A DNA stretch of 62,552 nt, the filler included, from Deltaproteobacteria bacterium (lineage in GTDB: Bacteria > JAUYMQ01): NCBI GenBank assembly GCA_030698575.1. It is 10 parts of 10 records of this genome, joined end to end, with 100 filler letters (N's around TTAATTAATTAA, not from the genome) between each part and the next. Parts side by side here need not be neighbours in the genome. Positions count along the whole stretch, not along the records: positions 12,480 to 17,601 come from JAUYMQ010000639.1; positions 17,702 to 21,817 come from JAUYMQ010000649.1; positions 21,918 to 28,044 come from JAUYMQ010000651.1; 7 more parts are not named here. The stretch is one strand, 5' to 3'. Under the pieces are notes generated by a model. The model ran no database searches. It saw only the letters and a program-made list of their open reading frames with translations, and was not told where the DNA came from. Both the position numbers and the translations under genes were made by a program. Of this stretch, positions 16,637 through 25,083 are shown piece after piece. Every line of letters starts with the position of its first letter. Within the stretch, counting starts at the first letter, position 1.

Positions 16637-17272
16637 ATGGCCTTGAAGACTTCGGAAAAGCGGGCTCGGGCGGGCCCGGGCAGCGCGGGCAAGAGCGCGC
16701 GGGGAAAGCGCACCCGCGAGCGCATCCGGGTCGCCGCCAACCAGCTTTTCCTCAAGAAGGGGTTCGAGAAGACCACGGTCGACGCCATCGCGACCGCGGC
16801 CGGCGTCTCGAAGGGGACCTTCTATCTGCACTTCGAGCGAAAAGAGGACCTGCTGCTCGAGTACGGGGCGCGGCGACTGCAGCTGATACGCGAGGTGCTT
16901 CCCGATATCCTCACGCGTAAATCCTTCCGCGAGGCCATAAACGAGATTCTCGACGCCACGATCCGGGGCAAGCCCTGGAGCCGCAGGCTGACCGGGCTGG
17001 CGATCCTCGAGATGGATACCAGCTACGAGCGCTTCCCCGTGCAGGCGCCCCACAAACTGCTCGAACCGCTTGTTGAGCTCGGCCAGTTCCGAGGCGAGAT
17101 CAGGCGGGACGTCCCCGCGGGCCCGCTCGCCCAGTTCATGCTCCGCTCCATTCTCGGCGCCCTCCGGGACTGGGGGCTCGGGACCGACGATCTGAGCCGT
17201 GAAGAGGCGCTCGACTACGCGTTGACCCTTGTCTTCGATGCCATGCTGACGCAAAACCCCGGCAAGGATTGA
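16637..17272 (+). CDS. TetR/AcrR family regulator
   Basis: AANQLFLKKGFEKTTVDAIATAAGVSKGTFYLHF HTH; divergent from fab operon. Confidence 0.93.
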   Translation: MALKTSEKRARAGPGSAGKSARGKRTRERIRVAANQLFLKKGFEKTTVDAIATAAGVSKGTFYLHFERKEDLLLEYGARRLQLIREVLPDILTRKSFREAINEILDATIRGKPWSRRLTGLAILEMDTSYERFPVQAPHKLLEPLVELGQFRGEIRRDVPAGPLAQFMLRSILGALRDWGLGTDDLSREEALDYALTLVFDAMLTQNPGKD

Positions 17273-17410
17273 GCGATCCGGTCTGGGAGAAGCGATGCCC
17301 GGACGGGCGACAAGCTTCCCGAAGGCGGGAGCCGCTCCCGGACGGGAATCATCGAGAACCGGCTTCGAGGGATCCCCTCGGGGACGGCGCCTGGTCCAAA
17401 AAGGGAAGTC

Positions 17411-17599
17411 TTATGGAAGGGACCCGGGGCCTCGCCCGGAACGAATGCGAATGAAAAGCGACTCGAGCAGCCGGGCGGCGGCGCGGCGGCGGAGCTTTCC
17501 AAGGGCCGTGCGCGGAAGGCTCTCCACGAAGCGGATCGAACGGGGAGTCTTGTAGCGGGCGAGCAGCCCGCCGCAGTGATCGAGAAGCGCGGCCGCGTC
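17411..17599 (-). CDS. C-terminal fragment of an AMP-binding (acyl-CoA ligase) enzyme
   Basis: Own translation LARYKTPRSIRFVESLPRTALGKL (A10 Lys motif). Confidence 0.75.
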   Translation of the reverse strand, partial: DAAALLDHCGGLLARYKTPRSIRFVESLPRTALGKLRRRAAARLLESLFIRIRSGRGPGSLP

Positions 17600-17701
17600 G
17601 ANNNNNNNNNNNNNNNNNNNNNNNNNNNNNNNNNNNNNNNNNNNNTTAATTAATTAANNNNNNNNNNNNNNNNNNNNNNNNNNNNNNNNNNNNNNNNNNN
17701 N

Positions 17702-17970
17702 ACTCATGGGCGAAAATCGCTGGCCGCTACGTCATGCCCGTAGCGCTTACCGTAGCCGGCTTTCTCTCCGTGCAGGCATTCAATGACATCAAGGCATCGA
17801 CCGCAGCTGTCGTTAATAGTGTGTCCAGTCTTAACCGGCACATCGAGCGGCTCGACGGTCGGATCAATCTCACCGACCGGGTGAACCAGGAACAGGACGG
17901 AAGGCTTGGGGACCATTCCAGGCGGTTGGGCATTCTGGAACGGCCGACCAACTTCCCGGTGCGGCCATGA
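17702..17970 (+). CDS. Phage membrane/coiled-coil protein, probably 5'-truncated
   Basis: Hydrophobic stretch then coiled coil; ATGA coupling to next gene. Confidence 0.5.
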
Positions 17971-18341
17971 TCGGCCGGGCCACCATCATGACGACGATCG
18001 GCGCGGCCGTCATCGTCGCGCTCGGCGCGCTGGCGCTATGCAGCCGCCCGGCCAATGCTCAAGGTGCGTGCTTCCCCGCCGATACCTGGTTGACGAAGCT
18101 CGCCGACGATTACGGCGAGGCTCCGGTGGTTTCGGCGACGGTCGGTCCGGCTCCGGTCACGTTCACCGCCAACATGGAAACCGGCACATGGTCGATGTTG
18201 ATTTCGTCCGGGCCGATGCTCTGCCTTGTCGCCGCCGGCAAGAACTGGCAGGCGACGGAGGCCGCGCCGGAAGTCGTGCCGCAAATCTACAAGCGCCGCA
18301 ACAGCGACGGCTGGTTTACCATCGTGACGAGGCCGGCGTAG
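17967..18341 (+). CDS. Exported phage hypothetical protein
   Basis: Signal peptide, C...YGE...GTWS...CL pattern. Confidence 0.6.
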   Translation: MIGRATIMTTIGAAVIVALGALALCSRPANAQGACFPADTWLTKLADDYGEAPVVSATVGPAPVTFTANMETGTWSMLISSGPMLCLVAAGKNWQATEAAPEVVPQIYKRRNSDGWFTIVTRPA

Positions 18342-18862
18342 TTTTCTAGCTTCCACCGGAAGGGGCACCGCCATCCGGCGGCGTCACATCTGAACTGCGA
18401 TCCGGAGACTGTCGTTGGCCGCGCAAGGCCCATGAATCCTGTCCGTAACTTTGTGGTAACTGGCCCGGCCCTTCGAACGGGGGCCGGGCTTTCGTGTGTG
18501 TGGCCCGCATCCTCTGATCTACGGGCGGTGACGAACGGTGATGTTGGTTTGTTTACGACAAACCGACTACGATGGTCACTATGACGCTTTACCGCCAACC
18601 ACTTCGCGCACGTTGCAATGAATTCGCTTGCAGTCATGTCGCCTTTTTTCTGGTTACAGCTACCGCAAGCGAGTACGATATTGCCGTGATGACGGCCGCC
18701 GCGAGAAAGCGGCCACTTGTGATCGCGCGTGGCGATGCGTCCTGACAATGAACGTTGACCTTCGGGTTGTTCCCGCAGCATCGCAACGTCGCAATAGAAA
18801 CACCGGCCTGACTGTTTTTCCCAGTGGAATTCGAAAGTCTTGCTCCAAGCGTTCCGCTTCAT
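18287..18862 (-). CDS. HNH endonuclease
   Basis: QSGRCFYC...ATRDHKWPLSRGG...NIVLACGSCNQKKG; GGAG before ATG 18862; C-terminal tail may be non-functional. Confidence 0.8.
   Translation of the reverse strand: MKRNAWSKTFEFHWEKQSGRCFYCDVAMLREQPEGQRSLSGRIATRDHKWPLSRGGRHHGNIVLACGSCNQKKGDMTASEFIATCAKWLAVKRHSDHRSRFVVNKPTSPFVTARRSEDAGHTHESPAPVRRAGPVTTKLRTGFMGLARPTTVSGSQFRCDAAGWRCPFRWKLENYAGLVTMVNQPSLLRRL
18463..18492 (+). terminator. Intrinsic terminator
   Basis: GCCCGGCCC stem / GGGCCGGGC followed by TTT, where opposed gene runs converge. Confidence 0.5.
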
Positions 18863-18931
18863 CTCCAACCTCTCACCACCACCCCAATCCCTTCCCGACC
18901 CAATTCCCCAAGCCAAGCCCAAGGGGGCTGG

Positions 18932-19198
18932 TCACAACGGCTCTTCTAGAACTGTGTAGCCTTCGGCGACAACGCGCTGCATTCGGCGTCCGTTGCGCCA
19001 TCCTGTTTCATACCGATACGTGATAGTACAGTCATCGATGTCGGTGGGTTCCACACATTCGGCATCTGATGGCACGAACCCTGACACGCGCTGCGGTACT
19101 GGTACGCGATGCACCGGGCCGAACTTGTCTATGTCCCACCACCGAAAGAGCCGTTTGATCGTCGCAATGCGTTCGGCTGACCGACTCGGCTTGCTCAT
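18932..19198 (-). CDS. Phage hypothetical protein
   Basis: ATGA overlap with upstream ORF. Confidence 0.55.
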   Translation of the reverse strand: MSKPSRSAERIATIKRLFRWWDIDKFGPVHRVPVPQRVSGFVPSDAECVEPTDIDDCTITYRYETGWRNGRRMQRVVAEGYTVLEEPL

Positions 19199-19443
19199 CC
19201 CGTCTCTCCGCTGTCGGTAAGCGCGGCGTCGATGGATCGCTCCCATGTCCCGTCATTGAAAGTGTCCGTCTTGAAGCTCAGCTCATAGTAGCGGTTGCGC
19301 ATCGCGTCGGTCGGCTCCCGCATTGCCTCCAGAGCCGCGCGGGCGCGCTGGCGAAACTCGTTCCGCACCGGCTCCCGCATTTCCTCCCACGGTGTTTCAG
19401 GAAAGTCGTAGATCGCCCGCGCGATTTTTTCGACCATCGTCAT
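19195..19443 (-). CDS. Phage hypothetical protein
   Basis: MVEKIARAI...ARAALEAMREPTDAM...IDAAL pattern frequent in alphaproteobacterial phages; AGGAGG RBS. Confidence 0.7.
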   Translation of the reverse strand: MTMVEKIARAIYDFPETPWEEMREPVRNEFRQRARAALEAMREPTDAMRNRYYELSFKTDTFNDGTWERSIDAALTDSGETG

Positions 19444-19598
19444 CCCTGCCTCCTGTCCGAACGGTGAGGTGCGGGGCGCACCGAAATTCTGTCAATGATA
19501 TCAAAGGCCGTCATCGCGCCGAAATTTGCCCGCACCGCACGCTAAGTCACTCTGCCACTTGAGTCAGTGCCACACTTCTCGACCGCACCACCGTATTT

Positions 19599-20681
19599 CT
19601 ATGGTGCTGTTTTTGCTACCAATTCTGTGTCAGTTCCCGCACCGGCAGAAAGGTGCGGGCTTTGGGCGTTCCTGATTTTTTCCGCGCCCTGCACCGCGAG
19701 CCGCTTCCGGTTCGCCGATCTGGTATAGTGCGAAGCCATAGTCCCGCCCTGCCAGCCGAACAGCGATTCCAGTTCGGCGACACTCAATCCCGCCTCTGCC
19801 GCCGTTGTGGCCCGGTTCTTTCGCACGCCGTGCGCCGACTTGTCCGTCAGCCCGGCCGCTACACAAGCGCGCTTGAACACGTTGCCGAAACTCTCCTTCT
19901 TCAACGGCTCTCCCCGTGTCCCGCATATCCATGCCAGGTCGCCGGTTGGCCCGGTGCTCAGCGTGGCCTCAAGTTCCGCCGGCATCGGAATGTTGACTTC
20001 CGTCCCAGTCTTTTCCTGCCGAATGGTCGCAATCCCGTCCTTGACGTGTTGCCGGCCGATCCTGACGGCATCGCCGCGTCGCAGGCCCGTGTAAAGCAGG
20101 ACGTGCAGCCACACCCGCTCTTTCGTGCCAGCCGCCCAGCGACACTCATAGGCGGCTACGTCGGCATCCGTCCACACCTTGAAACCCGGTCCCTTGCAGC
20201 GTTTGGGATTCTTGACGCTTTCGGTCGGGTCAATCTCGACCAGCTCGCTCGCTTTGGCCCACCGGAACAGCCCGCGCAGGGCGTCCAGAAAGTTCCGGGC
20301 TTGCGCTGGCGTTGCCTTGCGGTCGTTTGCCCCTTGGTCAACGACCGTCGCCGTCACGGCGCGGTAGGATGCCCGCCCGCTTCGTTCGATGATGTGCAGG
20401 AAGATGTTGTCGCGCTGACGACGGGTAGCTGTGGCGAGGGTCGCGTAGGCGGCCGATTGACGATATTGGGCGATCAGCCATTCGAGGCTGTTCACCCCGA
20501 TCTTGGGTTTGCGGGTCGTCGCCGACACGCCTGACAGTGCGGCCTGGTATGCTTCATCGAAGTCGCCGCTGCCCAATACCGGAAGCCGAATACGCCGGGC
20601 CTTACCGCGTCGGAAATAGTAGGTCGTTGCGCCATGCCTGGTTCGCTCGCGGCAGACGAATGGCGGGAGCTTGCGGGGCAT
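19599..20681 (-). CDS. Tyrosine recombinase/phage integrase
   Basis: YTGLRRGD (R), QEKTG (K), HGVRK (HxxR), FGW, HYT (Y). Confidence 0.95.
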   Translation of the reverse strand: MPRKLPPFVCRERTRHGATTYYFRRGKARRIRLPVLGSGDFDEAYQAALSGVSATTRKPKIGVNSLEWLIAQYRQSAAYATLATATRRQRDNIFLHIIERSGRASYRAVTATVVDQGANDRKATPAQARNFLDALRGLFRWAKASELVEIDPTESVKNPKRCKGPGFKVWTDADVAAYECRWAAGTKERVWLHVLLYTGLRRGDAVRIGRQHVKDGIATIRQEKTGTEVNIPMPAELEATLSTGPTGDLAWICGTRGEPLKKESFGNVFKRACVAAGLTDKSAHGVRKNRATTAAEAGLSVAELESLFGWQGGTMASHYTRSANRKRLAVQGAEKIRNAQSPHLSAGAGTDTELVAKTAP

Positions 20682-20689
20682 GGCGTCGA

Positions 20690-20872
20690 TCAAAGGCGTA
20701 TCTCCTCGCGGACGGCAACGGGCGTCGGCTCATTGTTACCGCTATCCACCGGGACCAAGCGGATCGTTCCGTCAGGCGCGATCTCCACTGCCAGCTTCGC
20801 GCCGGTTTGTGCTATGGCGCGGATGGCACGGGCGATGTCGGCCTGCGTGACCTTGGCGGGCGTCCGGCTCAT
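20690..20872 (-). CDS. Small integrase-associated (excisionase-like) protein
   Basis: VTQADIARAIRA motif directly upstream of integrase. Confidence 0.65.
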   Translation of the reverse strand: MSRTPAKVTQADIARAIRAIAQTGAKLAVEIAPDGTIRLVPVDSGNNEPTPVAVREEIRL

Positions 20873-21306
20873 TTCGCCAGCCCCGCGATGTAGTAGGCCA
20901 ACTCGCCTTCAAGGCGGAACCACTCGTTCCTGTGATGATGAGATGAGAAGCGTTTGTGAAGTTCTCGCTCCAGCTTTGGTGATCCGTCGATTGTCGTGAT
21001 AAGTTCAATATCGTATGGTGAGCTTGTGCTTAGCGCTTTAATTCTTCGGCCAAATTCCTTGCTCCAGCCGATCTTGATGAAATCGCCACAGCGCAAGAAG
21101 TAGACTACGTTCTTGCGGGGTCTCGCTCTCGCCAACTTATGTGACTTCATTAGTGGGCGCAGGATGTCTACGTGTTCATCGAAGATCAGCATAGTCTTGC
21201 CGAGAATGCAGCACGCGCCAAGTTCTCTCGCACGCTTTCTCAACGTGCGCTCCGAGCAGCCCCATTCGTCTGCCAGACTCGCAGGCGTGTAGGGCCGCCC
21301 CGCCAT
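20869..21306 (-). CDS. HTH + T5orf172/MUG113 (GIY-YIG-like) domain protein
   Basis: VYFLRCGDFIKIGWS...RR...LERELHKRF...NEWF; N-terminal YTPASLADEWGCSERT HTH. Confidence 0.8.
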   Translation of the reverse strand: MAGRPYTPASLADEWGCSERTLRKRARELGACCILGKTMLIFDEHVDILRPLMKSHKLARARPRKNVVYFLRCGDFIKIGWSKEFGRRIKALSTSSPYDIELITTIDGSPKLERELHKRFSSHHHRNEWFRLEGELAYYIAGLAK

Positions 21307-21614
21307 CAGCCCGACTCCGGGGTGGGGTGCATGGGCAGCGGTTCGCCAAGATAGACTGGCGGCATGGGTGTGAAGCCGTAGTCGTTGAATTGATCGCCGG
21401 TCGGATCGAGGGCGCGGCCATCGGCGAGACAAATCCAGATGTGATTGAACTCGCCGAGGTCGCTTTCGATGCACTCGCACTCGATGCCGTGGAACCGGAG
21501 CAAGCCAGCGAGCGGCCAGCACACGGCGGCGCACATCATCCACGGCGGGTTGCCGTCGAGAATGCCGTCCCGGAATTCCTTCGCGAACGCGATCAGTTCA
21601 TCGTCTGCCATCAC
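21306..21614 (-). CDS. Phage hypothetical protein
   Basis: C...NHIW...DPTGDQF suggests papain/transglutaminase-like triad; coupled to neighbours. Confidence 0.55.
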   Translation of the reverse strand: MMADDELIAFAKEFRDGILDGNPPWMMCAAVCWPLAGLLRFHGIECECIESDLGEFNHIWICLADGRALDPTGDQFNDYGFTPMPPVYLGEPLPMHPTPESG

Positions 21615-21808
21615 GCCCCCCGGTCGCGGGAGGGGGTGGCGGGACGAAAACGGAATTCGAGGCCGCAGTCTCGGCAACATTTTGGAGGGTCGCTGCCTCT
21701 GGTCCATATGTTCGGCGCGTCGCATCGTGGACAGAGAACAGTCGTGAGATCGACCCCGCTTGCGAAATCCACGCCAAAGAATGTCGCTCGCGCAATGCGA
21801 CCTTCCAC
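21611..21808 (-). CDS. Small zinc-ribbon phage protein (may be truncated)
   Basis: CPRC...CCRDC. Confidence 0.4.
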   Translation of the reverse strand: MEGRIARATFFGVDFASGVDLTTVLCPRCDAPNIWTRGSDPPKCCRDCGLEFRFRPATPSRDRGA

Positions 21809-21917
21809 AGCATCACGNNNNNNNNNNNNNNNNNNNNNNNNNNNNNNNNNNNNNNNNNNNNTTAATTAATTAANNNNNNNNNNNNNNNNNNNNNNNNNNN
21901 NNNNNNNNNNNNNNNNN

Positions 21918-22088
21918 GCGAGCCCACTTTCGAAGCGAGAGATTATTCGGCGGCTAGGTACATCGGCAGCGCAGTTCTACCGGCTGCTGGATCAGACTAA
22001 TTATCGCAAGTCTGTTGGCCAGCTCCTTTCGCTTCTTCAGGTTCTAGACTGCGATATCGATCTCGTCGTGCGAGCTCGAAGCGCCTGA
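21918..22088 (+). CDS. 3' fragment of an HTH (XRE/antitoxin-like) protein
   Basis: Own translation LSKREIIRRLGTSAAQFYRLLD...LLSLLQVLDCDIDLVV. Confidence 0.6.
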   Translation, partial: ASPLSKREIIRRLGTSAAQFYRLLDQTNYRKSVGQLLSLLQVLDCDIDLVVRARSA

Positions 22089-22182
22089 GTCACGAGCCAG
22101 GCACAAATTCAATATCCAACCATGGTTTGAAAGCAGAGAGCGGATTCTCCAGAGATTCGACGTGCGACGGACTCGTGCAAGC

Positions 22183-22216
22183 AAAAAGCCCCCGGCGCGA
22201 TCCCGGGGGCTTCTTT
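22183..22216 (-). terminator. Intrinsic terminator of tRNA operon (potentially bidirectional)
   Basis: AAAAAGCCCCCGG-CGCGATC-CCGGGGGCTTCTTT. Confidence 0.8.
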
Positions 22217-22235
22217 GATGGGACAGATCGAAAAC

Positions 22236-22312
22236 TGGTGACCCAGGCAGGATTCGAACCTGCGACCTACAGCTCCGGAGGCTGCCGCTCTATCCAACTG
22301 AGCTACTGGGCC
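22236..22312 (-). tRNA. tRNA-Arg(CCG)
   Basis: Cloverleaf GGCCCAG...CT-CCG-GA...GGTTCGAATCC...CCA. Confidence 0.96.
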
Positions 22313-22321
22313 AGAAAAAAA

Positions 22322-22396
22322 TGGTGGGCGCGGCTGGGTTCGAACCAGCGACTTCCACCGTGTGAGGATGGCACTCTTCCGCTGAGTTACGCGCCC
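22322..22396 (-). tRNA. tRNA-Val(CAC)
   Basis: Cloverleaf GGGCGCG...CT-CAC-AC...GGTTCGAACCC...CCA. Confidence 0.96.
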
Positions 22397-22408
22397 CGAC
22401 GAGGGGGT

Positions 22409-22436
22409 AGCATACCCCGCACGGGCCGGATTTCAA
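22409..22436 (-). promoter_or_regulatory. Sigma70 promoter of tRNA operon
   Basis: TTGAAA-16bp-TATGCT just upstream of tRNA-Val. Confidence 0.6.
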
Positions 22437-22534
22437 GGCCGCACGTGAACGGCGGCCGATGGCGCTTTGCCCACGGGGTTCTCTATACTCCCGCCCTGCT
22501 GCCTACCCCCCCATCTTTCCATGGATAGCGCATC

Positions 22535-24205
22535 GTGAGCGAGCCAGTACGCGCGCCCCAGAGGCGCCCGGCCGAAAGGGCGTTTCGCGCCGCCATGGTT
22601 CTTTGCGCCGCGGCCTTGTTCCTCACCGGACTCGGCAGGCTCGATCTCTGGGCGCCGGACGAGCCGCGCTACGCGGCCGTGGCCGAAGAAATGCGCTCGA
22701 TGCGGCACGGACCCGGCGGGCTCGTGCTGCTCCGTCTGAACGACGAGACCTACACCCAGAAGCCCCCGCTCTACTACTGGCTCGCCGCGCTGGCGGGAGC
22801 GCCGGGCGATCGCGTGACGGAGTTCGCCGCGCGGCTCCCCTCGGCGATGGCGGGAATAGCCGTCCTCTGGCTGACGATGCGCCTGGGGTTGCGACTCTTC
22901 GGGACCGAGGCGGCGCTCCTTGCGGGCGCCGTGCTGCTGACCACCCCCTACTTCGCGCACCTCGCCCGGCGTGCGCAGATCGACATTCTGCTCGCGCTCT
23001 TCGAGCTCGTGGCGCTGGCCCTGTTCTGGTCGATAACGTCCAGAGCCGATCTGCAGGAAAAAGATCGCCGGCGCCGCGTCGCCCTCATGCACGCTGCGAT
23101 GGGCCTGGCGATCCTGACAAAAGGCCCGGTCGGCTTTCTCATACCGTCGCTCGTCATCGTGGCGACGCTCGCCTGGGAGCGGCGCACGCCCGAGTTGCGC
23201 AAGCTCTTCCCGGCATGGGCCTTCCTGCTCTCGCTGGGTCCCGGCCTCGCCTGGATCACGGCGGCCCTCCTTCTCGCGCCGCCGGGCTTCTTCGGCGAGG
23301 CCGTCGTCGAGAACCTCCTCTCACGATTTTTCGAGGGGTCCTCGCACCCGCGCCCCTTCTACTATTTCGCCTACGAGCTTCCGCTCATCTTCCTTCCCTG
23401 GACGCTCCTCGCGCCTCTCATCTGGCGAACCGCCCGCCGCGACGTCTTTGCCCAGGCTGGCCACCAGGCAGCGCGACCGGCCTGGCGCTTCCTGCTGTCC
23501 TGGGTCGGCGTGACGGTGCTTTTCTTCTCGATCTCGAGCGGCAAGCGGGAGCTATACATGATCCCGGCATTCCCGGCGCTGGCGCTGCTCTCGGGCGACA
23601 CGCTCGACCGGGCGCTCAGCATCGCCCCCCGCCCGCCGCGATGGCTCAGCGGCTACGCCGCGCTGCTGGCGGTTCTCGCCACAGTCGGGGCCGTCGTGTT
23701 CCTTGCCCTAGAACCCGTGGAGGGCGTCGCCTTCCCGCCGGGGATCGGCCTCGCCCTTCTCGTCATCGTCGCGATCTCTGCAACCCTGTGGGTCTCAGTC
23801 CGCCGCAGCGGTCGAACGCCGCGATGGTCGCTCGGCGTGCTCATCGCGGGCGCGTACCTGGCCCTTCTGTTCTCCTTCACAGTGATCTTTCCCGCGGTGA
23901 ACGAGCACAAATCGGTTCGGTCGCCCGCGCTTCGCGCTGCAGAGATGGCTGGCGAGGGCGAGCCCATAGGCCTGCTTCGCAGCGACCCAATGGTGGGCGG
24001 CCTGGCCTACTACAGCGGGCAGCGGATCGTGGCGCTGAAAACGGTGGACGATATCAGGAAGTTCTTCGCCTCGGGCGGCAAGGTCGTGGTCCTGAAATCC
24101 GACAAGCTGGCGGAGCTGACGGCGGCGTCCGGGCTGAATTTCGAGGTCAGGGCGAAGATGCCTTACGAGACACGATCGATCCTCATCGTTGCGCCGGCAC
24201 GGTAG
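22535..24205 (+). CDS. ArnT-like GT-C membrane glycosyltransferase
   Basis: PDEPRYA, QKPPLYYW, ARLPSA, LTKGPVG, HPRPFYYF, KRELY; many TM helices. Confidence 0.9.
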   Translation: MSEPVRAPQRRPAERAFRAAMVLCAAALFLTGLGRLDLWAPDEPRYAAVAEEMRSMRHGPGGLVLLRLNDETYTQKPPLYYWLAALAGAPGDRVTEFAARLPSAMAGIAVLWLTMRLGLRLFGTEAALLAGAVLLTTPYFAHLARRAQIDILLALFELVALALFWSITSRADLQEKDRRRRVALMHAAMGLAILTKGPVGFLIPSLVIVATLAWERRTPELRKLFPAWAFLLSLGPGLAWITAALLLAPPGFFGEAVVENLLSRFFEGSSHPRPFYYFAYELPLIFLPWTLLAPLIWRTARRDVFAQAGHQAARPAWRFLLSWVGVTVLFFSISSGKRELYMIPAFPALALLSGDTLDRALSIAPRPPRWLSGYAALLAVLATVGAVVFLALEPVEGVAFPPGIGLALLVIVAISATLWVSVRRSGRTPRWSLGVLIAGAYLALLFSFTVIFPAVNEHKSVRSPALRAAEMAGEGEPIGLLRSDPMVGGLAYYSGQRIVALKTVDDIRKFFASGGKVVVLKSDKLAELTAASGLNFEVRAKMPYETRSILIVAPAR

Positions 24206-25028
24206 GTTGGGCGGCCTTGACGGGCAGCGCCGTTGCTTCGTTCCTCACCCGGCCTTCCCGATCGACCGACCACCGTGCAACGAGATGCGGCGCCTGCTCC
24301 TCCGGCGCCGGAAGGCCGCTCACCGCATAGAGCGATCCGACGAGCCGCTGCGCGTCTCCCTCCTCAACAAGATCCACCCGCGCGAAACCCAGCGACTTGC
24401 GCCCGAAGCGCCGCCCGCTGTCCTCCTGTCCGATCGCCTGCACCCGCGATCCGCTGCCCGCGACCAGGCCGAGCCGGATGAGGCTCACGCCCTGTCCCAG
24501 TTCGTAGGCGCCGGCGACGCTGGCAGGCATGTGCCAGTTGGAGATGAACAGCGGGACGGTTTCCCGCTGCAGTTTCGCGCTCCCGGGCGTGTAGTGATCG
24601 TGATTTCCAAGAACGGCGAAAATCGGCACCGGATGGCGATCGGACGCGGGGTGTTGGCATGCGCTGGCCACCTTGGCCGAAGCCGGACCGGCCAGCTCGA
24701 CGAAGCGGCAGTAGGGGGCGACGATGTTCTGCCGGAGACGCGTCACGATTTCATCGGCCCGCAGCCCGCTCTCGTAGAAGTTGTCGCCGAGGAGAACGAG
24801 GGCGTCGATGGGCCGGCGGCCGGCCTCGGACGCCAGCGCCTCGGCCACGAGACCCTGCCGGGCCCCCTTCCAGACCCCGTGGCTGCTCTCGCCCGTGTCC
24901 CCCACCGCAAGCAGCGAGAGGCGCGCCTTGCCGGCGGGAGGCCCGTCAGGCGCCCCGCGCCCGCAGGCGACGACCACCAGGATGAGGAGAAGGAGGGCCG
25001 CGCCACGGCGATTGGAGGATGTCGTCAC
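24183..25028 (-). CDS. Lipoprotein metallophosphoesterase, apparently missing its C-terminal His motifs
   Basis: Lipobox VVAC, GDTG, LGDNFY, GNHD present; no HHP or GHxH. Confidence 0.65.
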   Translation of the reverse strand: MTTSSNRRGAALLLLILVVVACGRGAPDGPPAGKARLSLLAVGDTGESSHGVWKGARQGLVAEALASEAGRRPIDALVLLGDNFYESGLRADEIVTRLRQNIVAPYCRFVELAGPASAKVASACQHPASDRHPVPIFAVLGNHDHYTPGSAKLQRETVPLFISNWHMPASVAGAYELGQGVSLIRLGLVAGSGSRVQAIGQEDSGRRFGRKSLGFARVDLVEEGDAQRLVGSLYAVSGLPAPEEQAPHLVARWSVDREGRVRNEATALPVKAAQPTVPAQR

Positions 25029-25083
25029 CGGTGAAAGGACCTCTCCTGCATGGCCCGTGCATCCGGGTTTTCGTTGAATCCGT

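Noticed and set aside
21918..22312. Island integrated at tRNA-Arg
   Set aside because: The tRNA keeps its terminator; no integrase or duplicated tRNA 3' end is visible in the fragment
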